Shown here: positions 6,941 through 15,446 of the stretch, piece after piece
How the letters are laid out: each line of letters begins with the position of its first letter
Numbering within the stretch: position 1 is the stretch's first letter
Origin: a virus
Lineage: Duplodnaviria; Caudoviricetes
Reading direction: 5' to 3' (one strand)
Virus record (IMG/VR): IMGVR_UViG_3300020042_001042
Coordinates: 1 to 25,897 of that record
Length of the DNA stretch: 25,897 nt
Position numbers and translations under genes: made by a program
The notes under the pieces: model-generated
The model's database searches: none
Seen by the model: the letters and a program-made list of their open reading frames with translations, nothing else
Told to the model about the DNA's origin: nothing

Positions 6941-8992
6941 TTACTTCATTTTCTTTAGTTCAGCTTCAATGTCAGCTTCAATGTCTGGCCCTATCATTTG
7001 CGAGCCAGGTATGTTAGGGCTTTTCTCTATGTCAGTTTCAATAGATGCCGGACTAGCATCAGGAGTAACTGGCGTAGGTGGGAACGCAGTCATAGTGCCC
7101 ATGATAGTGCCTGTCTCGCCTTTGTTCAGATTTGTAACGGCGCTTGCAGTTTTAGCAGCATTGCGTTCCAGAATCTTTACTGCTGCAGCAACTTCTTCTG
7201 GTTTGGAAGAAGAAAGAAGCTTGGCAACCTTGGAAGCAACATCGTCGCTAATGCCTGATTTTGTTGCTGTAGTTGCAGCCAGGTTCATCAAAGAATTGAC
7301 CCAGCCACCGGTTATGGAATTGCCGACAAAGGCATTGATTGCACTTTCACCTTCGTCAAAAGCTTCAACGCCTGCTTGCCGTCTAGCTGTAGGAGAGCCT
7401 GACAAAATTTTATTTGCCTGTTGAAAGAGTTGGCTTTCACGCTGCAAAGCAGCCTCAAACAAATCAAATTTTGCTTGACTAGGGAACAAGGCTTTCAATC
7501 TATCTCTAGCTTCAGGAGATCCAATTACACGTTGTGCTGCATTGATGTTGCCGCTAGGGTCCATCACTGTGGCATATAAGTTGCGCACAGCGCCTGTCTT
7601 AAAGGCTTCTTGTTCTGCTGTGCTGAAACCTTTCATCATGCTAACGACTTGCTCAGGGTCTAACTTCCTAAAGTCAGACATGCCTGTACGCAAAGCATCT
7701 AGCACTTCTGCATCTCCGGCGTATTGTGCCCTGGCCGTTTTATATGCAGAAACACCGTCAACTTCTGTTGCTTTGTCTAAAGCACCGACCATTGCTTTTT
7801 TCAAATCTTTTAAGCTGTTGGCTTCAGCGCTGCTCATGCCTTCACCTTTGTAACCTCTATTGACTACAGCGTCCATGCCTCGCTTAATGTAGTCAAGAGT
7901 TCGTACATCTGGTAGTTTTGACAAAGCAACATTGCCGGCCTCGTCTGCAATAAAGATGTCGTCTAGGACATACTTGGACGGATCTTCTCCACGCAACTCT
8001 GCTGCAAGCTTTTCATTGTCTGCAATCTTTTTGGCTTCGTCAAAGAATGACTTAAACCTTGGATTTTGCAATACGCGGTTAATCGTAGGATCATTGACTG
8101 TGCCAAATTTGTAAGCCTCGTCATACAGATTATTTGCATTGGCACGCAAGCTCTGAAGCATGTCATCTTCTTGCTGATAGAAGTTGCCTTCATTTCCAAC
8201 GCCACGCTTTGTCTGCCCGACCACACGTTCTCTAATTCCTGACTTATTGGCTTCAAGCACATCGGCAAGTGTGTCACCAGCTCTTTCGCTTTTAGCTGTC
8301 ACAATCTCTGCAAGACCGACCGTTGGCCTGGTTGTATTTGCCAGTGTAGAAGGAACTCCTGCAGCTCGGTCTAACGACATTGAGGCAGCTGCTTCTTTTG
8401 GAGTAATGCCAGAACGTTCTAGTGCAGTGTTAACTTTTGCAGCAGCTCGGCCTTCAATGTAACCAGGATCGCGACTCAACCGGTCTCTTGCAAATGTTGC
8501 AAGGCTTTTACCACCGCGGATCACAACAGGCAGTGTTCCGCCCAATGCTGTGCCGACTGTCCCACCAACAACCGCGCCTGTGCCTCGCTCACCTGGCTGA
8601 GCAGAACCTGCACCTGTAACAGCGCCTGTTGTGCCGCCAACAACAGCTCCACGAGCTAATGGGTTTGCTGCCATGCGCGACAACGCGCCGGCTGTACGTG
8701 CACCTGCAGCAATAGCCGCCGGCGCAGCTGCACCGCCTGTGGCAGGAGTGACTAGCATTGCTGCTAGAGCCGGTGCAGCGCCGCCTGTAAACTCCAGGGC
8801 AGGAGCTACAAACGGATTTTCTTTAGAATACTGTGCGTATTCCTTGTTGATCTTAGCAAGTTCTGCTGCATAGCCAGGGCTTTGAGAAAGTTTAGAACGA
8901 AGCCATGCTTCTGCTTCATCGCCCCAGCCCATGCCAAGACCTTGACCAATAGCAGCACGAGCCGCCCCTACATATGGATTAGCTGTTGCCAT
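6941..8992 (-). CDS. Putative internal virion / DNA ejection protein (683 aa)
   Basis: Last gene of the ejection-protein block. Ala/Gly-rich hydrophobic N-terminal segments followed by a long helical region, like P22/T7-type ejection proteins. Confidence 0.7.
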   Translation of the reverse strand: MATANPYVGAARAAIGQGLGMGWGDEAEAWLRSKLSQSPGYAAELAKINKEYAQYSKENPFVAPALEFTGGAAPALAAMLVTPATGGAAAPAAIAAGARTAGALSRMAANPLARGAVVGGTTGAVTGAGSAQPGERGTGAVVGGTVGTALGGTLPVVIRGGKSLATFARDRLSRDPGYIEGRAAAKVNTALERSGITPKEAAASMSLDRAAGVPSTLANTTRPTVGLAEIVTAKSERAGDTLADVLEANKSGIRERVVGQTKRGVGNEGNFYQQEDDMLQSLRANANNLYDEAYKFGTVNDPTINRVLQNPRFKSFFDEAKKIADNEKLAAELRGEDPSKYVLDDIFIADEAGNVALSKLPDVRTLDYIKRGMDAVVNRGYKGEGMSSAEANSLKDLKKAMVGALDKATEVDGVSAYKTARAQYAGDAEVLDALRTGMSDFRKLDPEQVVSMMKGFSTAEQEAFKTGAVRNLYATVMDPSGNINAAQRVIGSPEARDRLKALFPSQAKFDLFEAALQRESQLFQQANKILSGSPTARRQAGVEAFDEGESAINAFVGNSITGGWVNSLMNLAATTATKSGISDDVASKVAKLLSSSKPEEVAAAVKILERNAAKTASAVTNLNKGETGTIMGTMTAFPPTPVTPDASPASIETDIEKSPNIPGSQMIGPDIEADIEAELKKMK

Positions 8993-11900
8993 TATTCAAG
9001 TCCTTGAGGTACTGGAACGGTTTCTCTAAACGAGCCTTGCGTAATTTCTAGTAATCGTAGTTGGCTGCGCTTTTCAATGGCTTGTAAAGTACGGAAAGCA
9101 TTTTTCATGATGAGCGCACGTTCTTCTTTGCTCTTCGAACCTAGACCTTGAAGAGCTTGGAGTGTTTTGGTTTCTGCATCTGAGATTGCACCTGGGAAGG
9201 TGGACTTCAATTGCGCCAAAGCACCCTTCTGCAATAAGTTCTCTTGCTCACGAGTGTTCAACACTTTAGGATCTTTGGAACCCGCAGCCTCAAGAAGTTT
9301 GCGCTGAGCAGTATCTACCACAGACGTATCAAACGTGTTGTCATTCAACGCATAAGCACGTTTAAGATCATCCATGGCTTGTTTTGTGCTGCCAAGCATG
9401 TCTTGAGTCTTAATTTTAAGTTCAACCTCTGGGCCAGTTAACTTAGCTTGCTGATCTTTTGTCTGTTCAAACTTGTTTTGAGCCAATGCCAACATAGCCG
9501 CTTGCGTGCTCATGCCTGCTATTGACGCGTTAATCTGCGCCAGCTTACCTTCAACATTCAGATTGCCAATTTCAGCCACACGTTTCTGATACGCCTCTGT
9601 ACCTGCCTTAAGACCCTCATCAAGAGCTTGTTTGCCGGCAGCAGACTGCGGCTCGCCAGACTTAATGTAGTCTTTAATGAGTTCGGTTGCAATGGCTCGC
9701 TTGTCATCCATCTCTTTACCAGCTAATGCACGCAAAGTGTTCAAGTCTTCTTTTGAAGAAGCCATCTTTAATTTCTGAACTTCAAGACCAAGGAGTTGTT
9801 TCTCTCTAGCAGAAGCACGTTTGCCTTTGGCGTATTCACCAAGCTCTTTGCCGACCATACCTAAGTTCTCACTGAACTGGCCTGTTTTAGTAGGAGCGCC
9901 AAAGGCTGCCGCTAAGCGGAAATACATTTCAGCTTTAGAGCTCTGTGCATCTTCAGGAGAGCTCATGGAGGTAGTGAGCATTCTAGTAAACGCATCGCTA
10001 TCAGCCGTAGCACGAGCACGAGCTGTCTTTAATTCTGCGTCATAAGCACCGTCTTTTGGACCGTAAGCAGCAAGCATTGCTCGCATGGTAGCCATGCGCT
10101 CACCGCCAGGAAGAGCAGCTTTAGGAACTACAACTGCAGCAACAGGGGCAGGAGCAGGATCAACAACCGGCACAGATAGAGTGCCAGCCGACTCATTCAT
10201 GGCGTTAATTGCATCAACATCCCTAGCATTGTTGACAGCAATCTTGGTCAAAGCTGACTTAGGCGCATTTGTAATAACAGTGGCCGGTACAGGTTCAGGC
10301 TCAATAATTACTGGTTTAGGAGGCATAGACATATTCACAGGAGAAGTTACAGCTTCAGGCTGCATACGAAACCGCATATTAAAATCTTCTTCTTCATCAA
10401 CGCTGCCGTAGCCGCTAGGTAGGCGAACTGCACCTGCTGTTTGGTAGTGGGTTTTGATCCTGCCGCCACGGGCATTATTCTCACCGACGTTGGCTGCTGA
10501 AGCCGCGTCCGCTCCCGGACTGTTGGTGTCACTTACACCACCATCAATGCTAGTCGTATTGCCACCACCTTGACCATCATAGTCTCCCGGCTGGTCGCCT
10601 AAAGTACCCATCAAGCCGCCGCCGTATGTATAAGACCCCGGTATTGCATCGAGGTCGTTATTTTGAACATCTTGGTTCCTACTAGAAACAACTTCGTTAA
10701 GTGCTGTACCCCTGCTTTCCACAGGCGCAAAGTTGCTTGACAAATTTGTTAAAAGTTGTTGTTGTAAATTTGGGTCAAAATAGTTTTGTATTGCGCCAAG
10801 TGGTGTATTCTTAAAACCATATATAGCAAGAGCGTTTAGATTTGCCTCTATTGGATTTGCAGCAAAATAAGCAGCTTTTCCTTCATTAGACAAATTTGTC
10901 CACGCAGGGTTTGGATCAACGTATGGGTCGCTGCCTCCATAGCTACCACTAGTGCCGGCGACATTTATTGAGCCTACGCCTGTGTTAGACATGGTTGGCG
11001 CAGCGTCTACATTTGCAATGGTTTTAATGTATTGCCAGTCAGCGTCAGAACTAGTGCCAAAAATGTTATCCGATGCAGCCCTGATTTCTGAGTCCGTGTA
11101 GCCGTCTCGTGAGCGTTGTTTGTAGTAAGCAGCTGCTTGACCAGGAGAGGAAACACCTCCGCCAGTCTGGTAGTTGGTCCTAACTTGACCGCCATAGGCA
11201 TACTTAGCAGCAAGCTCATGGACAGAACCACCGTGTGCTTTTTTGGCAGCAGCTTCATCCGCAGCAATTTTTGCAAATGTGGAATTAAGATTTTTAGGAT
11301 CAAACGCACCGCTTGAAACCTGGTTCATCCAGTAGTTGTAGCCTGGAGAGTCAATCGTTCCTTGCTCCCAGCTACGGCCAATGCTTTTGTAAGCGTCAAC
11401 AATATTCTGGTTGTAGGTCGGATAAGCCCTTGCTGTCATTTGCGCCCAGTCACCTTCGTTTACTTTGCCAAAAGTATTTTCTGATGCAGTACGAAGGTCA
11501 GCATTGTTGTAACCAAGGTTGCGCTGCTGCAAGTAGTAGTCTGACTTTTCTTGAGGCGTAGCATTGATCATTGACGCATTCATAGCGCCATACGTCGGGT
11601 TTTTAAGTTGATTGCCAAAGTAGCTGCCGGTAGTGTTCATCAAATTAAATTCAGGCCTAGTGCTTGCAGACGCAGACCCAGCATTATTAACTTGTGTTGG
11701 TTTTGCGTAGCTACCGCCACCGGCGTTATACATAGATTGAACTGCGTCATACCCGCCGTATCTATCAAACTCAGATGTTGGCGCTCCGGTCGTCATAGAC
11801 CGATGCATCAAATTTATTGCAATTTCAGGCGTTAGGGTATTACTAGATGAAGACTGATTGCCTGTCTGAAATTGACTTTGTGCGTACATCGGCGTGTTTT

Positions 11901-12186
11901 GCAAACGATTCTGATATTCAGTCTTGTAGGTGTCATAAGACTTCTGATCAAGACCATACTTACGCATTGCCTCATTGAAAGCTGCTGGGTCTGCTTTATA
12001 CGCATTAAAGTCAGCAAGCTGCTTGTCATACGTAACTTGGCTGGCTTTAGCCGCAGCATCTTCGCCTTCCACACGGCTACCCGAAGGAGCGGTAGGCACT
12101 GAAGGAGCAGTTGTGCCAGAATAGTTAACCATGCCCGGAGTGCTCACCCCGTACTGCTTCATGATGCGATTGAGTTCATATCCCAT
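8992..12186 (-). CDS. Putative internal virion / DNA ejection protein (1064 aa), mosaic
   Basis: GGAG RBS. Low-complexity middle, coiled-coil C-terminal region, internal 40-aa repeat and AxGG motif clusters. Confidence 0.7.
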   Translation of the reverse strand: MGYELNRIMKQYGVSTPGMVNYSGTTAPSVPTAPSGSRVEGEDAAAKASQVTYDKQLADFNAYKADPAAFNEAMRKYGLDQKSYDTYKTEYQNRLQNTPMYAQSQFQTGNQSSSSNTLTPEIAINLMHRSMTTGAPTSEFDRYGGYDAVQSMYNAGGGSYAKPTQVNNAGSASASTRPEFNLMNTTGSYFGNQLKNPTYGAMNASMINATPQEKSDYYLQQRNLGYNNADLRTASENTFGKVNEGDWAQMTARAYPTYNQNIVDAYKSIGRSWEQGTIDSPGYNYWMNQVSSGAFDPKNLNSTFAKIAADEAAAKKAHGGSVHELAAKYAYGGQVRTNYQTGGGVSSPGQAAAYYKQRSRDGYTDSEIRAASDNIFGTSSDADWQYIKTIANVDAAPTMSNTGVGSINVAGTSGSYGGSDPYVDPNPAWTNLSNEGKAAYFAANPIEANLNALAIYGFKNTPLGAIQNYFDPNLQQQLLTNLSSNFAPVESRGTALNEVVSSRNQDVQNNDLDAIPGSYTYGGGLMGTLGDQPGDYDGQGGGNTTSIDGGVSDTNSPGADAASAANVGENNARGGRIKTHYQTAGAVRLPSGYGSVDEEEDFNMRFRMQPEAVTSPVNMSMPPKPVIIEPEPVPATVITNAPKSALTKIAVNNARDVDAINAMNESAGTLSVPVVDPAPAPVAAVVVPKAALPGGERMATMRAMLAAYGPKDGAYDAELKTARARATADSDAFTRMLTTSMSSPEDAQSSKAEMYFRLAAAFGAPTKTGQFSENLGMVGKELGEYAKGKRASAREKQLLGLEVQKLKMASSKEDLNTLRALAGKEMDDKRAIATELIKDYIKSGEPQSAAGKQALDEGLKAGTEAYQKRVAEIGNLNVEGKLAQINASIAGMSTQAAMLALAQNKFEQTKDQQAKLTGPEVELKIKTQDMLGSTKQAMDDLKRAYALNDNTFDTSVVDTAQRKLLEAAGSKDPKVLNTREQENLLQKGALAQLKSTFPGAISDAETKTLQALQGLGSKSKEERALIMKNAFRTLQAIEKRSQLRLLEITQGSFRETVPVPQGLE

Positions 12187-12195
12187 GTCTGCTCC

Positions 12196-13437
12196 TTAGC
12201 CTAAAGCGTTCAAACCTTTATACGTATACAGCCCTGTTGCCAACTGAGACAGAGGCGAGGCTGAATACGTAGCGCCGGTTGAACCGCCGGAGGTTGTTGT
12301 AGTTTGTGGTGTGATCGGTGCCATACCGCGAATTTGCGTGCTAAGGAAATCAGCCTGTTGTTTAGGATAGTTTTGCTCATTAATGTACTGCTGTTCAGCC
12401 GCAGTCAACTGCCGTTGCATCTGGCCTTGTTGAGCAGCTCCGGCGCTTTCAAGTGATGCAACGTCGGCTGAGCGCATTGCTTGCTCTTGCTGCTGCATAT
12501 TGGCAAACTGCTGTAGCGCAGACATTTGGCGCTGGTAATCTTGAGCCTTAGCTGCTTGAGCTTGTTGAGCTGCACTCAAACCAAACTGCTGCTGAGCTTG
12601 ACCCGCTCCGGTTACAGCTTGACCAATATTAGCGTATTGACCAGCGCCTTGAAGCACACGAGACAAATCTCCACCGGCAATGCCGCCAGCCGTACTAGCC
12701 AATTGAGCTTGACGTGCAAGATCTGCTTGAGAAGCACCAAGAGCTTGCCCATAGCCTTGATTGGCCAGTTGAGCTTGTTGGTTAAGTACAGACTCTTGTG
12801 TGTCACGCAATGCTCTTGAACCAAACTCACCCATGCGAGTGCCACCAAACTGGCCTGCTTTGATAAACGAATCAGACACGCTAGGCAATAAGTTCTCGCT
12901 TAAATTACGAGCACCTTGCTTAGCAATAACGTCCATGACTCCTGTTTGATAAGGAGACATGTATTTATTGACGTCTGTATATGAGGCTTTACTGGCTTCA
13001 CTTAGATAAGGATCAGCTGCGGTCAGTGCTTCTTTTGACAGCGCCTGAGCAGTAGTAGTACCTGCCGTGTCAAAATAACCTTGACCTGTGGTCAACTGCC
13101 CTAATGCCGTTGCAGGGTTTTGCAGGTATTTGTTCTGCGCGGTTTGCAAATCTGTAGCAGTACCTTTGCTACCAAAACCGTACATGTCTGTTTGAGCTTT
13201 ATCTAGGTCGGTTTGATAAAACCCTTGATTCCTGACTACGTTTTTGTAGGCGTCTTGCTGGTTTTGAGACAATTCAGCCACAGTCGGCAAGTCATAAGAT
13301 TGATACGGCTTATTGGCAAGATTCTGCGCAACTTGAATTTGGTTGTAGATAGCATCTTGCATCCACTTCGGCGTCTCTGTGGATGATGTAGCGTAAGAAG
13401 TTGCGGTCTGAGGAGACCCTTGGAATAGACTGCCCAT
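12196..13437 (-). CDS. Gln/Ala-rich DNA transfer (pilot/ejection) protein (413 aa)
   Basis: MGSLF start, T/S-rich N-terminus, Q/A-rich helical body and Gly-containing hydrophobic C-terminus; GAGG RBS. Confidence 0.7.
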   Translation of the reverse strand: MGSLFQGSPQTATSYATSSTETPKWMQDAIYNQIQVAQNLANKPYQSYDLPTVAELSQNQQDAYKNVVRNQGFYQTDLDKAQTDMYGFGSKGTATDLQTAQNKYLQNPATALGQLTTGQGYFDTAGTTTAQALSKEALTAADPYLSEASKASYTDVNKYMSPYQTGVMDVIAKQGARNLSENLLPSVSDSFIKAGQFGGTRMGEFGSRALRDTQESVLNQQAQLANQGYGQALGASQADLARQAQLASTAGGIAGGDLSRVLQGAGQYANIGQAVTGAGQAQQQFGLSAAQQAQAAKAQDYQRQMSALQQFANMQQQEQAMRSADVASLESAGAAQQGQMQRQLTAAEQQYINEQNYPKQQADFLSTQIRGMAPITPQTTTTSGGSTGATYSASPLSQLATGLYTYKGLNALG

Positions 13438-15194
13438 TATGCAACCTCTTTCAAATATGCCAAGGGAGACTTGGCGTTAGGGCTAAATTTACCTTTTGCT
13501 AAGGCTTTACCCTTATGCGAACGAATTTTTTGGCGCATAGCGTCAAGGAGCTTAGCTCCTTCTTGATTAGAGCCGTCACCAAGCATTGCAACTGTTTCTG
13601 CATCAATCACGTATTCACCATCAGATAGTTTGGCATTAATGGTGTCTGCTCGACCAGAACCGGCTCCACGAGCAAACCTGGCAACAGCTGACAGAGCGCC
13701 TCCACGTGCTTTACCGATTGGCGCTGGCTGATTATAAGACCCTTGCCGCGCATCCGGAGTACTAGATGCGTAACCTGTAATTCTTGGCCAGTTAGAAGCC
13801 ATGAACCGATCAAGACTCATGCCAGCAGCATTAGCATCGTTCTGCATTTTAGTCCAGTCCCAAGAAACTGAAGGACGGGCAAAGTACTCTTGCTGCTCAG
13901 GAGACATCTGTTTAACAGCCTGTTGAACTTGCAAAGGAGCTTCGCTCAAACTGCTCAACAACGTAGCACCTAGTACAGCATTCTTAAGTGTGAACGGGCT
14001 AGAGCTAACCGGCGTGCCTGAGGTTTTAAGTTGGTTCAGCGGAGATTGGCTTGCCGTTTTTATACCCATATTGGTTTCTTGGGCGCCGTAACCTTCAGGT
14101 GCTACAGGAGCAACTGGATTTGCCAAAGAATAATCTGCAGGGGTTAATGAGTAGTCACTGCTTTTTGGCAGCTTTAAACTTTCAATGACTGCGTCAGAAG
14201 GTTTAGAGCTCATGTTGCTAGATTCAACAGGCCTTGACATAGCAGTCGCCAATCCTGTTAAACCACCACCAATGATGGCTGATTTAGGGTCGTACCCTGC
14301 GGTAATCATGTTGCCAAACTGCCTAGCACCAGCGCCTATTGAAGCATTGTTGGTCAAGCCACCTAATTGTTGACCGGCATAAGTGCCCAAAGCGCCTGTA
14401 GCAGCGCCTTTCACAAATCCTTGACCTGATGCCATACCTGCCGCACCGCCAATCAAAGTGTTGCCAAGTAGATTTTTACCGGCAGTATCTAAACCTAAAC
14501 CAAATTGGGTATTAGCCGCACCACCAAGGTAGTCACCGGCTCCTGAACCCAAACCACCAAGCAAGGCACCTTTAAGAGGGTCGCCACCAGTTAAGGCCGC
14601 AGTACCACCGCCAATAACAGCGCCACCGGCTATAGCGGCTGCTGTGCCTGAGAAGCCCATAGCGGAGCCAATTGCCGTACCTGCCCCTGGCACTAAAAAA
14701 TCTATTGCAATAGGCAGAGCAACGGCCAAAAACTTCTTTAAACTAAACTTATATTCAGGCAGCCCAGTTTGCGGATTGATCGTTCCTGAACCTCCCATGC
14801 GCTTAAGCATTGCTGCTTCGCGTGGATTAATGTGGGCTAGCATTGTGTCGCCAAGACGGCCTCTAGCCGCTATAGACGCCAAGCCGCCTCTAGCAAAACC
14901 TTTTTGCTTAGTGCGCTCCTGCATTCCATACATCAACACTAAAATAGAGATGATGGCTACAGGGTCAAACTGCTCAGGTAGATCGCCTGGATCAAGCAAG
15001 TCGTCATCAATAGCAGCTTTAAGTATTTCTTGATACTGGTCTGGGTTGTTCAGAGCAAGCTCAAGCATCTGTACGATTTCGTCAAGACCCTCAGTCGTGA
15101 TTGGCATGTCGCCAATTTGATTTTCAAGAGTCAAAACTGCCTGAGAAAAACGAGGATCGTTTTTAGCAATTTCAAGAATTTGTTGCTTATCCAT
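13437..15194 (-). CDS. Putative ejection protein with glycine-zipper membrane region and two AxGG-initiated modules (585 aa)
   Basis: Contains FARGG...GDTMLAHINP.EA...GGSGTINPQTGLPEY, then a GxxxG-rich hydrophobic stretch, and a C-terminal KARGG...GSGRADTINAKLSDGEYVIDA module. Confidence 0.7.
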   Translation of the reverse strand: MDKQQILEIAKNDPRFSQAVLTLENQIGDMPITTEGLDEIVQMLELALNNPDQYQEILKAAIDDDLLDPGDLPEQFDPVAIISILVLMYGMQERTKQKGFARGGLASIAARGRLGDTMLAHINPREAAMLKRMGGSGTINPQTGLPEYKFSLKKFLAVALPIAIDFLVPGAGTAIGSAMGFSGTAAAIAGGAVIGGGTAALTGGDPLKGALLGGLGSGAGDYLGGAANTQFGLGLDTAGKNLLGNTLIGGAAGMASGQGFVKGAATGALGTYAGQQLGGLTNNASIGAGARQFGNMITAGYDPKSAIIGGGLTGLATAMSRPVESSNMSSKPSDAVIESLKLPKSSDYSLTPADYSLANPVAPVAPEGYGAQETNMGIKTASQSPLNQLKTSGTPVSSSPFTLKNAVLGATLLSSLSEAPLQVQQAVKQMSPEQQEYFARPSVSWDWTKMQNDANAAGMSLDRFMASNWPRITGYASSTPDARQGSYNQPAPIGKARGGALSAVARFARGAGSGRADTINAKLSDGEYVIDAETVAMLGDGSNQEGAKLLDAMRQKIRSHKGKALAKGKFSPNAKSPLAYLKEVA

Positions 15195-15212
15195 TTTTTA
15201 CTCCAAATTTCA

Positions 15213-15446
15213 TTACTCAGCTGTTTGACAAAACCGCTCAGCCCACTCACGCCAGTCGTCAAAATCATAAGGCAGAGGGAAGTTTCTACCTAGAGTCGTA
15301 TTGTTTAAAAACTGCATTGCCCAGTTTTGCCAATTCTCAATATCATCCAACCTGCCAAGAGCTCCGTAGCTATCTAAGTCAAGCGCAATCTGGTCAGCCC
15401 AATCACGCAGCCCCATGCCAGTAGGCGAAGTGATTCGGACGCTCAT
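15213..15446 (-). CDS. Small Trp-rich hypothetical virion-module protein (77 aa)
   Basis: ATGA overlap with the nozzle gene; recurring W-x-x-W-A motifs. Confidence 0.7.
   Translation of the reverse strand: MSVRITSPTGMGLRDWADQIALDLDSYGALGRLDDIENWQNWAMQFLNNTTLGRNFPLPYDFDDWREWAERFCQTAE

Noticed and set aside
6921-6958. AAGGAG followed by ATG 6932 giving an 8-aa peptide MHILLHFL on the + strand
   Set aside because: It is very short, antisense to the end of a structural gene, and the SD lies inside a hairpin. Nothing supports translation.
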